The notes under the pieces are model-generated. The model was not told the origin of the DNA. It did no database searches and worked only from the letters and a program-made list of their open reading frames with translations. Of a DNA stretch of 64,000 bases, positions 1 to 11,000 are shown one piece after another. Numbering within the stretch: position 1 is the stretch's first letter; each line of letters begins with the position of its first letter. The position numbers and the translations under genes were made by a program. This DNA is from a virus: IMG/VR virus record IMGVR_UViG_3300045988_034366; one strand, given 5' to 3'.

Positions 1-1
1 A

Positions 2-3000
2 GAAGCTTCTGACATAAAGAAACTTAGTGATAAATTATTACAAACTACTATAAGCAATAGTAGAGAGTCTATGGATAATATGCTGGCATATTCTTTGACA
101 GAGGATGATAGGTTCTTGATGCCCTTATTTGAGGGTGGTTTGGAACATGATTCAGCAGCTATGTTATTTAGCATGTTTAAGAAGATGGTCAATAAGCAGT
201 CCATAAAAGGAGGTAGTGCTGTCCAAGTATCTGCAATGGGAATTAAAGGATATGAGGAAAGCGGAGACCTTGAATATGTAGTAGACCCTAAGAACCCTAA
301 TAACATTTTGTATGCCCAATGTGAGATACCATTTGACTTAAAGTTCACAGATGCTAGTGGACAAGAACATGCTTTGGACTTCAATGACTGGTGTAATCCT
401 GATGGTACTCTCAAGTTAGGTAGAGTAGTGGAAGAAGACGACCCTCAGTATAGAGATTATGTCTCTTACAAGGATGAGAATGGTAAGGTACATGTTCCTC
501 TCATAGAGGAAAAGTTTCCTAACATCCTTTCTATACTAGCTTACAGAATACCAACTGAGAGAGACTATTCAATGATAAATCTCAGGGTGAAGAGGTTTAG
601 TCAGAAGAATGCTGGAGGTACAATCAAAGTTCCTGCCCAAGGAACTACAATCTCTGGATTTGACTTTGATATTGACAAGCTCTATTTTATGAGATATGAG
701 TTTAAGTCAAGGCCATTATCTAAAGAGGATGTAGAAAAGATTTGGAAGGACTTCTACAATGATAATCCTAAGGTTAAAGATGCACTTCTTGAAGCAAGAA
801 AAGCTGAAGAGAGTACTCAGTCACTTATTGAGGAGATATTCAAGCCCTACATAAATAGTGACTTAGCTAAGGGAATTGTAGAAACTGATGGTACAAAAGA
901 TAGACTGTATAAGTATTGGAAAGCTGCTGGACTTGAAGGTTCACCAAAAGAGGCTATAAGTAAGTATATCTCTGCTAATGCTGAAAAGTATAACACAGAG
1001 TTCATGTCTTATGATTATACAAAGCCTCCTTTGGATAATGACAAAGCTGCTAGAAACAACATGCTTATTAACCTTATCCAGCATAGACTTATGGATGAAG
1101 AAACCTTTGAGCAGAGGTACACCCCTGGTGGTTTTGCCAATGCTTCAAAGGCTGCTAGATTCCTAAGAGAGCTAACTTTTGGCTCTTTAAGTGGTATTAC
1201 TGATGGTAATAATGTAGATTTTAATGCTATAGAGGAAAGAGCTAAGGACAAAAGTTTAGACCCTGAGCCTAACTATGACCCTTCTGACCCTATGACTATT
1301 ATAACCTACAACCAGCAGAATCAAGTAGCTGGTAAGCTTATTGGTATATTTGCTAATCAGAATACTAACCATGCTTTTGCATCACTAATGCAGGCATTCT
1401 ACTTGAAGAAGCCAATAGCTTTTGGGGAGCATCCTGAGGGACTATCTGATATGCTTCATAAAACTGACTATGAAGCAATAGACCTTAATGTGGCAGAGTT
1501 TCTAGCAGCATCTGTGGATGCTGTAAAAGACCCTGTTCTTAACTTCCTTAATCTTAACACTGTTACCGCTGATGCTGGTGCAGTATTAGCTAGATTAGGA
1601 TATAGTACTAGAGATATTGGTTTATTATTTAATCAGCCTATAATAAAAGAGATATGTGAATATAAATTTAATAATGGTGTCAGTGTAGAAGTTGCCCTAA
1701 GTGAGATATTATCTCAATATAAGGTAGATGCAAGTGAGGCTATACCTGAGGCAAACCCTAGTACAGACTTAAGCTCTGCTAAATTAGCATCTAACATAGT
1801 CAAGTCCAGGAAGGCTCAGGAGGCTGGTAGAAATGTTATGGAGGATAGTTCATTTAGAACTTCCCAATTACAAGTTGCTCAATTATTTGCAGACATTCTT
1901 AGAGTATCTGGAGAAGTATCTCAATTTGTAACTTCTTCTAAGTTTACTGCATCTAATGCAGTAGGTTCTACCTTTGGAGATTTTTATTCTCAGCAGATGA
2001 AGGTCTCTAAATATCTTAATAGCTTCGCAGGTAATGCAAAAAATAAATTATCTGTTGTAATGGAAGTGTCTCCATTTATTTATGCTCCTATTAACAATGA
2101 CCCTACACTTGAGCTATCTAATCAAGAGTATATTGAGGGAACCTTGGACAACCCATTTGCCTATGAGCAGGCAATGTATGATATGAATAGAAAAGTTTCT
2201 AGACTACTTGGTAGCTACTATCCCTATGATACTAGAGTCTATACACTAGCAAGAAATAGGATGGCTGAGCTTACCAAAAGTGGGACACTAGATGCTGATA
2301 CTATAAATAGCATACATAGTGATATGATGGTATATCTACTTGCACAACAGGAAGATAGTCTTTTCAATGGTGATGTTCCAGCTAAAGATGGTATTCCTGC
2401 TAGAGAATATTATACCAAGCATTTTGCCAAGATTCTGTTTAACACCTTAGAAAGTAATCCTTCTTATAAGTCTCTTCCTATATTTCAATATATGCAGTTT
2501 GATGTAAACGAAGAAAGTGAAGAAGTAAATGCTAACATACAAGATATAGGAGGATTAGCACCTTATCAAAAAGATGAGATTAGGGAAAGTTGGGCAGAAC
2601 TCATGGAAGAAACTCCAGATTTAGCAAGAGATTTATTCTTATATAACTACTATAAATTAGGATTTACTTTTAGTCCATTAGCCTTTATGAACTTAGCTCC
2701 TACAAAAGTTAAACAGGCAATTAAAGTCGGTAAAAAATCTAATGATGGAGGTAAAACTTGGGAAGATAGAACCTATGTAGACTTCTTAAATGATGTTCTC
2801 AAAGGTAATCTTATGGATAAAGTAAACATAAATAATTTCGTTGAACAATATGTAAGAAATCATACAGATAATAGAAAATTGGTTTTCTCACCTACAGGAA
2901 CAAATCTTTCTTTTATTAAGAAAGAAGCTATAAAAAATAGAGTTGTGCAATCAACATTTACTCTGGATGTGCAGAAATTGGGAGAAGATAAGAATATATG

Positions 3001-3520
3001 GCTTCTTCCTAACTCTGATAAAAGCATAAGAGTATTCAGACCTTTCTTAATGATTGAAGGTGTGCTATATATGGCAGATAATAGTAGGTATGGAGATTTT
3101 AAAGATTTTAATATTTCTAATTGTGATGTTATAGAATACAGAAAAGTATCTAAGTTGGGAGACACTAATAAAAGTTTACAATATTTATCTAACTCTAATA
3201 GTGAATTTAAATATGAAGCTCCCTCTAGTCCTAAAGAAGGTTCTACAGCTGCTGACCCTGAAGGTTTATCTCCTAAAGTTCCTGAATTTGACAAGACACC
3301 TATAATTAAAGAAATTGTTAGTCAAATGATTCCAGCACTGATTAAGCAGGGATTTATTATGCAAGAGAGTGCTTCAAAAGTTAAGGAAGCCTTTCAAGAG
3401 GAACTTTTATCTGATAATAGGAAAGAGCTAGAAGCTAAGGTTAAATCAATTAGAGATAATATTAAAAAGTATGGATTATTAGTCCTTGATGAAAAGGGCG
3501 ACCCAAAACCATCATGTTAA
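2..3520 (+). CDS. Giant virion-type RNA polymerase, C-terminal ~1170 aa (5' end lies outside the window)
   Basis: Frame is open from nt 2 up to the listed ATG at 71, so the gene is cut by the window edge. LAYRIPTE...SGFDFDIDKLYF (DFDID = nt 662-676) resembles the DxDxD metal-binding loop of double-psi beta-barrel RNAPs described for crAss-like virion RNAPs. Confidence 0.65.
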   Translation, partial: EASDIKKLSDKLLQTTISNSRESMDNMLAYSLTEDDRFLMPLFEGGLEHDSAAMLFSMFKKMVNKQSIKGGSAVQVSAMGIKGYEESGDLEYVVDPKNPNNILYAQCEIPFDLKFTDASGQEHALDFNDWCNPDGTLKLGRVVEEDDPQYRDYVSYKDENGKVHVPLIEEKFPNILSILAYRIPTERDYSMINLRVKRFSQKNAGGTIKVPAQGTTISGFDFDIDKLYFMRYEFKSRPLSKEDVEKIWKDFYNDNPKVKDALLEARKAEESTQSLIEEIFKPYINSDLAKGIVETDGTKDRLYKYWKAAGLEGSPKEAISKYISANAEKYNTEFMSYDYTKPPLDNDKAARNNMLINLIQHRLMDEETFEQRYTPGGFANASKAARFLRELTFGSLSGITDGNNVDFNAIEERAKDKSLDPEPNYDPSDPMTIITYNQQNQVAGKLIGIFANQNTNHAFASLMQAFYLKKPIAFGEHPEGLSDMLHKTDYEAIDLNVAEFLAASVDAVKDPVLNFLNLNTVTADAGAVLARLGYSTRDIGLLFNQPIIKEICEYKFNNGVSVEVALSEILSQYKVDASEAIPEANPSTDLSSAKLASNIVKSRKAQEAGRNVMEDSSFRTSQLQVAQLFADILRVSGEVSQFVTSSKFTASNAVGSTFGDFYSQQMKVSKYLNSFAGNAKNKLSVVMEVSPFIYAPINNDPTLELSNQEYIEGTLDNPFAYEQAMYDMNRKVSRLLGSYYPYDTRVYTLARNRMAELTKSGTLDADTINSIHSDMMVYLLAQQEDSLFNGDVPAKDGIPAREYYTKHFAKILFNTLESNPSYKSLPIFQYMQFDVNEESEEVNANIQDIGGLAPYQKDEIRESWAELMEETPDLARDLFLYNYYKLGFTFSPLAFMNLAPTKVKQAIKVGKKSNDGGKTWEDRTYVDFLNDVLKGNLMDKVNINNFVEQYVRNHTDNRKLVFSPTGTNLSFIKKEAIKNRVVQSTFTLDVQKLGEDKNIWLLPNSDKSIRVFRPFLMIEGVLYMADNSRYGDFKDFNISNCDVIEYRKVSKLGDTNKSLQYLSNSNSEFKYEAPSSPKEGSTAADPEGLSPKVPEFDKTPIIKEIVSQMIPALIKQGFIMQESASKVKEAFQEELLSDNRKELEAKVKSIRDNIKKYGLLVLDEKGDPKPSC

Positions 3521-3532
3521 AAGTAATATAAT

Positions 3533-6500
3533 ATGGCAGAAAGTTGTTCATTAAAATGTCATGTTAGAAACCCTAAAGGAGAGGTAGTGGAAAGCAGGTT
3601 ATTTAATGACCTGCTCCACTACACCTCTAATAATAGGGAACTGACAAAAGAGTATTATGGTGTTGGAACCAATCAAGAGTTCCTTGATAAAGTGCAGGGA
3701 GAAGCTAAGTTTGATGAGAATGGTCAGATTACTCTCCAATCTCTTAGAGAGCTTACAGACCTTAAAACTCATGTAGAGGACAAGGCTCTCCTAGATATGC
3801 TTAATAGAGATATTGGAGCTGGAGTATATGACTATGAGGAGGCTATGCCTAAGCTCCAATACTTCAATAGAAATAGTCAGTTTAACAATGAATTTCTAGC
3901 TACCTTGGAACAGACTGAGGAGGGCAAATATAGGCTTCATGTAGTTAAAAATAATAGGGCTAACCTTAATGCTCTTACAAAGACTATTTCTGATAGAACC
4001 TTACAAGACAGGATATTATACTATCTAAACAGGGCTGGAGTAGATGTAGAATTTATTAAACATGATGAAAAGGTAGGGGGCAGATATAGTACAAAGAATG
4101 CTAAGAGAACTGCTGATGGTCTCTATAGACTTATACAAGTTGCAAAGGGAGAGCATATAGATGCAGATTTAGCTGAGGAAGCTGGGCATTTTGCAGTAGG
4201 AGCTTTGGGAAATTCTCCTTTAGTTACTAGACTTATGAATTTACTTACACCTGAAGTTCAAAAGAAACTAATAGGTAGTAAAGAAATAGAAGGCAAGTAT
4301 CTTGGCAACCAAAGCAGGAGAGAACTAGCTGGATACTTGGTAGGGAGAGCCATAGCTGGACACATAGATGAAAGGGCATCTTGGCAATCTTTGCTTCATA
4401 GGATAGTTAATAAGATTAAGAGAATATTTGCCCATGTTACAGGCAATAACATATTAAGGGATGCTGCGGAGATTGAAAAGATAGCAGATAGAATAGCATC
4501 TGGGTTTATGTCTCCTGACTTTAGTGGAGATGTTCAAGCATCTCTTAAAACAAGTGAATCATTATATAGTGCAAAAGACTCTTTTAATACTAAAGTGTTC
4601 AAGACTGTAGCTAATAGATTGTATCTACAAGCAGAGGAGATGGCTAACATAGACAGAAGCCTTTATACAAAGTTTAATAACATTGCTGGTCAAGTAGTTG
4701 CAGGCAGAGGAAATGCACAGGGAGCTGGTATATTATCTGACTATATTGCACTTGAAGGCATAACAGAGTCTATTTCTCTACTTTCAGATTTAATGAGAGG
4801 TGAAATTCCTGACTTGCTCACCTCTATTGACTTTGATAATGCTGCTGACTTCAATACTAATATGGTTAGAAATGCTGGGGCACTTAGAGTACTAAGAACT
4901 TTTACTAGAAATGCTTTAGCTATCATAAATGAAGTAAATTCTGCTACCACTAATATACAAGGTGCTAACAGACTTCAAGGTGATTTGGATAGAGTACAGA
5001 TTGTAGACTCAGATGGACAAAAGCACACATATAACCTATTAGAAATTACTAATAAGCTATCTCAACTCCTTAGTGGAAAGGAGGGCTTAATTAACCAGCT
5101 TAAAAATAAGGAGACACAGTACTTTACCAAGTTCTGTGAGAATGCTTATGGAAGCAAATATGTTAACAGGTCTGCTAGAGTATTATTTGACTGGAAGAAG
5201 GAGCATGGTAATTCACTTATTAGATTTGTAGGAGATGAAAAGATTCCTATTGCAGACTTAATCAATGATATGGAAAGTGATATAGGCATCTTTGACAGGT
5301 GGCTTGGGTCAATGTCTAATAATCCTGATGTTATTGGCCAAATTGCAGATAAGACAACTAAGCTAGCTAACAAGTGGGCAGATGACCTTACAAATAAGGC
5401 GTGGGATGAGTTAAGGATGCTTCAAAGAGAGTTACAGGAAATAGGCTTGAGCAACACCGATATATTTTGTGAGGTTAGTGCTAGAACAGGAGAGCTTACA
5501 GGTAATATAGTTTCTAAGTATGTATGGGGAGACTATGAAGCAGATTGGGCTGAATTTAAGAGGAAGTGTGCTGAGGATTTCAAGGAGGCTCATCCCGAAA
5601 TAGAAAATATGACTGACTTTGAAAGGTCAATATTATGGGATTCATATTTTAAGCCATTAGCTAGAACATGGCATAGAGGAAATGGTGCATCTCCTGCACA
5701 CTCACAATGGAGTGAAGAAGAGCAGAGATATATTCCTAGTGATGACTATCTAAGTCAGCAATACATAGATACCATAGAAAGTAATCCTGAAAGGCTGAAG
5801 TGGCTCAATAAGTATATGCAGCTAAAAAAGAGTTTGGATAGTAGGCTACCTGAAGGAAGTACTAATTCTGTTAGAATGCCTCAATTCAAAGGTACTTTTA
5901 TGAATAGAGTTAGGAATAGGAGGCTTACTGATAATGCAGCTTCTGCCTTTGGAGGTTCTCTTAGGACAGCATTAAGAGAGACTTTCTGTGAGAGCAGTGA
6001 AGATACAGATTATGGAAGTGACCAAACCTATAATAACATAGAAGAGGATATATTCCAAAACAAACTTGCATTTGAGAAGGAAAAACTTAATAGGTTGCCT
6101 ATATATGGTATCAATAAGCTAAAGGATATGACAGAAATATCTACTGACCTATTTCAGTCTACCTTAGCTTATGCAGGAATGGCAAATACTTATGCAGCAT
6201 TTGATACTATAGTAGACACACTTGAGGTAGGTTCAGAAGTCCTAAATAGGAGAAAAGTAGGAGGGGTATATACTGAATCTGAGAATAGAGCCAACAAGTC
6301 AAGAGCATATAACAGATACTTGAAATTCCTTGATAAACAGGTGTATGGTATAAGCACCAAAAAGGTAAAAATTGGCAGAGGGCTTGTAATAAATAAGGTA
6401 GCTGGATTTTTGTCAGGACTTGCATCAAAGGTGTTCCTAGGAGGTAATGTTCCTGGAGGTATGGTGAACTTGGGAACTGGTGCTATAGAAGTATTCAAGG

Positions 6501-7975
6501 AGGGCCTAGCTGGGGAATACTATTCAATTAAAGATTGGAGGAAAGCCCATAAGATGTATTGGGGCAGTCTAGGTTCTAATCTTGGCTCATGGTGGGTAGA
6601 TATTGGAAAGCAGATGAAAGAAGATAAGGTGTCACTGTTTATAAGGCACTTTAATATTCTAGGTGATAATAAGGAAAAGCAAAGAAATTGGGAGACTAGG
6701 AGAAACAGAGCTAACTATTTCTTATATAATGAGAGCTTGTTCCTACCATACAAAATGGGAGAACATTATATGCAATCCATGTCATACCTTGCATTAGCTA
6801 ACTCTATTAAGGTATATGATGTTGATGGAACTGAAACTTCTTTATATGATGCTTATAGTGTTGAGCACTTAGAGGATGAGACTGGAAAAACTTTTAAGGA
6901 TAGAACCTTAGCCCTTAATGGAGTCTATCTAAAGGACGCAGAGTCTGTTGAAAAGTACCATATGCTTGAAGACATACTTAGTGAGATTGATAATGCTTTG
7001 CAAAGTTCTTCTCCATTTGGCAGAGTTACCAATTTCACTCAAGAGCAATTAGACTACATGAATGAGAAAGGTTATTATATGGATGACCTTTCTACGCTAA
7101 GAACTCTCATAGAAACTGATAAGTACAATCTTACTTGGTCAATTGATGATGAATCTGCATTCATGGATAAAGCCAGAGAGATAAATAATAGAATGCACGG
7201 TATCTATAACAATCAAGATAAGGTTGCCATGCAACAGAGTATCTTTGGTAATATGCTCCTTTCTATGAAAGGTTATGCTTTAGGTTTAGCTGAGAGGAGG
7301 TTTGGCACTAGTAAGCATAGCACTGCTTTAGGAGGTGAGGTAGAGGGGTCTATGAGAACCCTACTTAAAGTCATAATGTCCTCAGCTACTGATAGAGGAG
7401 GGTTCAGTCTTACTATGAGAGCTATATTATTTCCATTCGGAAAGAAAGCTAAGCAGAATATGTTAAGAGCTGGGTTCTCTGCTAATCAGTTCTATAATAT
7501 GAGAAGAAATTGGGGAGATGGTGCTGCAATTGTTGCTCTATTTCTACTTAAACTACTAACAGAAGCTCCTGTAGGAGATGATGACGATGATGATGAGGGA
7601 GAAACAGATATTATAGCAGGTCTTGTGTATTATTTCTCTAGTAGGTTATTTAGGGAGCAAGCTGCTTATAATACTCCTAGGGGTTGGTCAGATGAATCTT
7701 CTACTCTGCTTAATGTAGCTGCCCCTGCTGGATTCAGTGTACTAACTCAATTATGGAGTATTGCTAGTGGGGCTGTAGGTTCTCAATTTGCTTCAGAAGA
7801 TGATTCAGAATACTTCTATCAATCTAGTAAGGAAGGTATATATGAGGAAGGTGATGCAAAGTGGGAAAGGAAATTTTGGAGAATGTTTCCATACTTAAGA
7901 AGTGAATATGTATTTAATCATCCATATGATGCAGCTGCATCTTATGAGTATGGTAGGAAACTCAGACAAAACTAA
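3533..7975 (+). CDS. Giant 1480-aa protein of unknown function, co-oriented with the RNAP gene (probable virion/ejected protein)
   Basis: Uninterrupted ATG ORF starting 13 nt after the RNAP stop. Has a hydrophobic segment followed by a D6 acidic run (VGDDDDDDEGE) near the C-terminus. No catalytic motif recognised. Confidence 0.7.
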   Translation: MAESCSLKCHVRNPKGEVVESRLFNDLLHYTSNNRELTKEYYGVGTNQEFLDKVQGEAKFDENGQITLQSLRELTDLKTHVEDKALLDMLNRDIGAGVYDYEEAMPKLQYFNRNSQFNNEFLATLEQTEEGKYRLHVVKNNRANLNALTKTISDRTLQDRILYYLNRAGVDVEFIKHDEKVGGRYSTKNAKRTADGLYRLIQVAKGEHIDADLAEEAGHFAVGALGNSPLVTRLMNLLTPEVQKKLIGSKEIEGKYLGNQSRRELAGYLVGRAIAGHIDERASWQSLLHRIVNKIKRIFAHVTGNNILRDAAEIEKIADRIASGFMSPDFSGDVQASLKTSESLYSAKDSFNTKVFKTVANRLYLQAEEMANIDRSLYTKFNNIAGQVVAGRGNAQGAGILSDYIALEGITESISLLSDLMRGEIPDLLTSIDFDNAADFNTNMVRNAGALRVLRTFTRNALAIINEVNSATTNIQGANRLQGDLDRVQIVDSDGQKHTYNLLEITNKLSQLLSGKEGLINQLKNKETQYFTKFCENAYGSKYVNRSARVLFDWKKEHGNSLIRFVGDEKIPIADLINDMESDIGIFDRWLGSMSNNPDVIGQIADKTTKLANKWADDLTNKAWDELRMLQRELQEIGLSNTDIFCEVSARTGELTGNIVSKYVWGDYEADWAEFKRKCAEDFKEAHPEIENMTDFERSILWDSYFKPLARTWHRGNGASPAHSQWSEEEQRYIPSDDYLSQQYIDTIESNPERLKWLNKYMQLKKSLDSRLPEGSTNSVRMPQFKGTFMNRVRNRRLTDNAASAFGGSLRTALRETFCESSEDTDYGSDQTYNNIEEDIFQNKLAFEKEKLNRLPIYGINKLKDMTEISTDLFQSTLAYAGMANTYAAFDTIVDTLEVGSEVLNRRKVGGVYTESENRANKSRAYNRYLKFLDKQVYGISTKKVKIGRGLVINKVAGFLSGLASKVFLGGNVPGGMVNLGTGAIEVFKEGLAGEYYSIKDWRKAHKMYWGSLGSNLGSWWVDIGKQMKEDKVSLFIRHFNILGDNKEKQRNWETRRNRANYFLYNESLFLPYKMGEHYMQSMSYLALANSIKVYDVDGTETSLYDAYSVEHLEDETGKTFKDRTLALNGVYLKDAESVEKYHMLEDILSEIDNALQSSSPFGRVTNFTQEQLDYMNEKGYYMDDLSTLRTLIETDKYNLTWSIDDESAFMDKAREINNRMHGIYNNQDKVAMQQSIFGNMLLSMKGYALGLAERRFGTSKHSTALGGEVEGSMRTLLKVIMSSATDRGGFSLTMRAILFPFGKKAKQNMLRAGFSANQFYNMRRNWGDGAAIVALFLLKLLTEAPVGDDDDDDEGETDIIAGLVYYFSSRLFREQAAYNTPRGWSDESSTLLNVAAPAGFSVLTQLWSIASGAVGSQFASEDDSEYFYQSSKEGIYEEGDAKWERKFWRMFPYLRSEYVFNHPYDAAASYEYGRKLRQN

Positions 7976-8022
7976 AAAATAAAGGCTAGAGAGGTTATCC
8001 TCCCTAGCCTTCTTTTTTTTTT
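7975..8022. terminator. Bidirectional intrinsic terminator between the convergent giant genes
   Basis: GC-rich hairpin AAGGCTAGAGAGG-ttat-CCTCCCTAGCCTT, flanked by an A-run on the left and T10 on the right. Confidence 0.8.
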
Positions 8023-8034
8023 GTAAAGTTATAT

Positions 8035-11000
8035 CTAAACTCCTTTGCAATCTAACTCATGCTGCATCTCTTCATCAGATAACTGATTCCAAGATTCTTC
8101 TGTATATCCAGCTTTTTCTAAATTACTTGTAGCAAGTTTAGCATCTATGGTATCTCCATCACTAGTAGTAGCTCCTTCAAATTTTCCCCATTGATACTTA
8201 GCAGGTACAGGTGTAAGTCTTTCTACTGGCTTCTTAACTGCTCCTCCTTTGCCTTTCTTTTTTCTTCTAAGGTCTTTGGATTTAGCTTTCCTCAGTCCAG
8301 TCGTTGGCTCTACAAAAGAACCATCCCCTTCCTCCTTAGCACTCACTTTCTCAATAGTTCCTACTTCTGACTGAGATGCCTCACTCTCTCTAATTTGTGA
8401 CTTTTCCTCCTCTGTTAGATTGTCAAATAATACATTTAATTCTATAGGATTAAGGGCAATAGTCATACCTAAATTAGGATTAGCACCTGTAAATTCCTTG
8501 CCATTAAGGAGTAGCTGATTGCCTTCTTTAACAGTAAATTCATTAGTACTATTTCCTACTCCCTTTGGTGTTGGATACTCTACCTTTATTGGTATTATAT
8601 TAAGTGACTTAACCTTGATACCATATTGAGACTCCAAGAAAGTCTTATACAGAGTTAGCTGCCTCCTCCACTTATCTATTTTACCACCCACATTTGCACT
8701 ATGGTGGGTTTTCATATCAAAGATATAAAAGTTACCTTTCCCATCATATGCTAATAAGTCAAGTGTTCCAGCAACATCTATTGTGTGCTTTTTACCCTCA
8801 GAGTCTGTTACTTCTATACTTCCTGTAGCAACTACGTCTCTTGGTACCACTGTTAGACCTTGAGCATCTAGAGAGTTCTTTAATCCTTGTAGTTGAGATA
8901 CAAATGAGTCTATCTGATTCTTACCTATATTAGGGTAATTATCTTTTAGCTTACCTGCAAAGAAATCCCTTACTAACTCATCAATTCCAGTTCCTATATT
9001 AGTAGAAGGTACAACCCAAGGATTATTAGGGTCAAATTTACCATCAGAATGTTCATCAGCTTGTATAATAGAGGTAACTCTAGCATACTTCTTACCTGTT
9101 CTAGTATTTATATAATACTTTCCATCTTCAGATAATTGTATAATCTTGGAGTTTGCCACTATAGAATCTACAATTGGCTTGACATTAGTACTAGATTGTG
9201 TAGGAGAAGCACTTTCCCCCTCTAATACTGCTCCAGATTCACTATCTACAATAGTGCCTTTTGGGGTAGTTACTTGGTCATTGGCAGCTACAACAGGCTG
9301 GTTTAATGGAGCTGTAGGCTGAGCATTAGTTGGACTGCTAACTTCATCTTGTTTCGTATAATTAACTTCTCCCTGTAATGTAAATGGGGCATTAAGAGAG
9401 AATCCTTTTATATGATACCTAAGAGAATCTTTACTAAAACCTAATATACCATCATCATATATATCAGATATATTATCCATAGCCACTCTATCGGTATTCA
9501 TATTTTGAATATCATTATAAGGGATATTCCATTTTACAAAGGATTCTTTAGCACTTAACACTCTAACAGAAGAACCATCCATAATTAAATTTTTAATTAT
9601 TTCAAATTGCGTTTCTTCTGTCATTTGCCCATTAGTTACTTTTCCTAATTCTATTTTAGCACCATCATTATTTACAATAGATAATGTAAACATTCTTCTA
9701 CCATCTTTCCTAGTTTCAGATGTAGGAGTTATTACATATTTCCATCCATCTCTAGATGGTAAGGATAAAAATTTAGCTAAAGTTTCTGTTAATTTATTAG
9801 ATGCAGTTTTAAGTATCTTATCAGTAGATTCAGTAGGTACAGTATCACCTTTTTCATCTACTTCAAAGTACATCTCTTTTACATTAAAGTTTTCACTAAA
9901 GAACTCCTTTAATTTTTTTGCTGCTCTATGTATTCTACTATTAGAGTTTAATGCAGCAGCTATATCATTATTATTAAATAACTCACTTATAAGTCTTTCC
10001 GAATTTCTATCTCTTGTAAGATGTATTGGAATAGTAAATTCTCTAATAGGAATAGTTTGACCCTTTAGGTTGGGTAGAGCATAATACAAATACTTCCCTT
10101 TACCTTCAGGAGTAGCAATTGCTAGTTTCTTTAGAAACTCCTGCTTCATTCTCCAATATATAGGGTTCTTTCTCCTATCAGGCTTACTTAAAGCTTGTAA
10201 TTCCTTTTTCTCCTTTTCATTAAGGTCATTTATTTGTAGAGATATGGCAGACCTATTAGGCTCTGTAGCTGGCAGTTGCTTTGGAGCTTCTGCAATAACA
10301 TTACCTCCAATAGTAGTAGTAACTATATCACCATCAGTGTCTTTTATGAGTTGCCCTGGGTCTTGTCTATCTATAAGATTTCTTATAGCTCCTAATCTAT
10401 TAGAGCCATTAGCATGTTCACTACCTGTTTTAGGCATAATGCCAATAGGTTGAAAATGCTTATCCTTTCCATCTACTTTAATAGTTATGCCTCCAGTAGG
10501 TACCTTTACAACTGCAATAAGTGGTATGTTATCATCAGTATATTTCAAGTTCCTAGATTCCATATCTGCCTTTACTGACTCAGCAAGCTGAGGGTCAGAT
10601 ATAAACATTACAGTAGGCTTATTGCTCATAAAGTCTGTCTCTAAAAACTCTTCTATCCTATGATTATCATAGTATTTTACCAATGGGCTATTGGGATAGT
10701 TTTGCCTAATCCAAGCAATAGGAATAGTATCCATTAGAGCAGCATCTAGATTTATAACAATTCTAATAGAATTTTGAGAACCTGCCTTTCTCTGTGCTAA
10801 ATTAGCTTCTTGATTTTGAGATGTATTTTGGGTACTCTCTTTTTCACTCTTAGTTTTATCTGCTTTAGCTCTAACTCTAGTTGCAGCAGCTCTTAATAAG
10901 CTAGCTGCTCTGCCTTCATTATCACCATCCTCCTCTGACTGTGAATCTAATTTGTTAGCACTTTGTAGAAGAGCATCTGCATAATCATCTGCATTATCAA

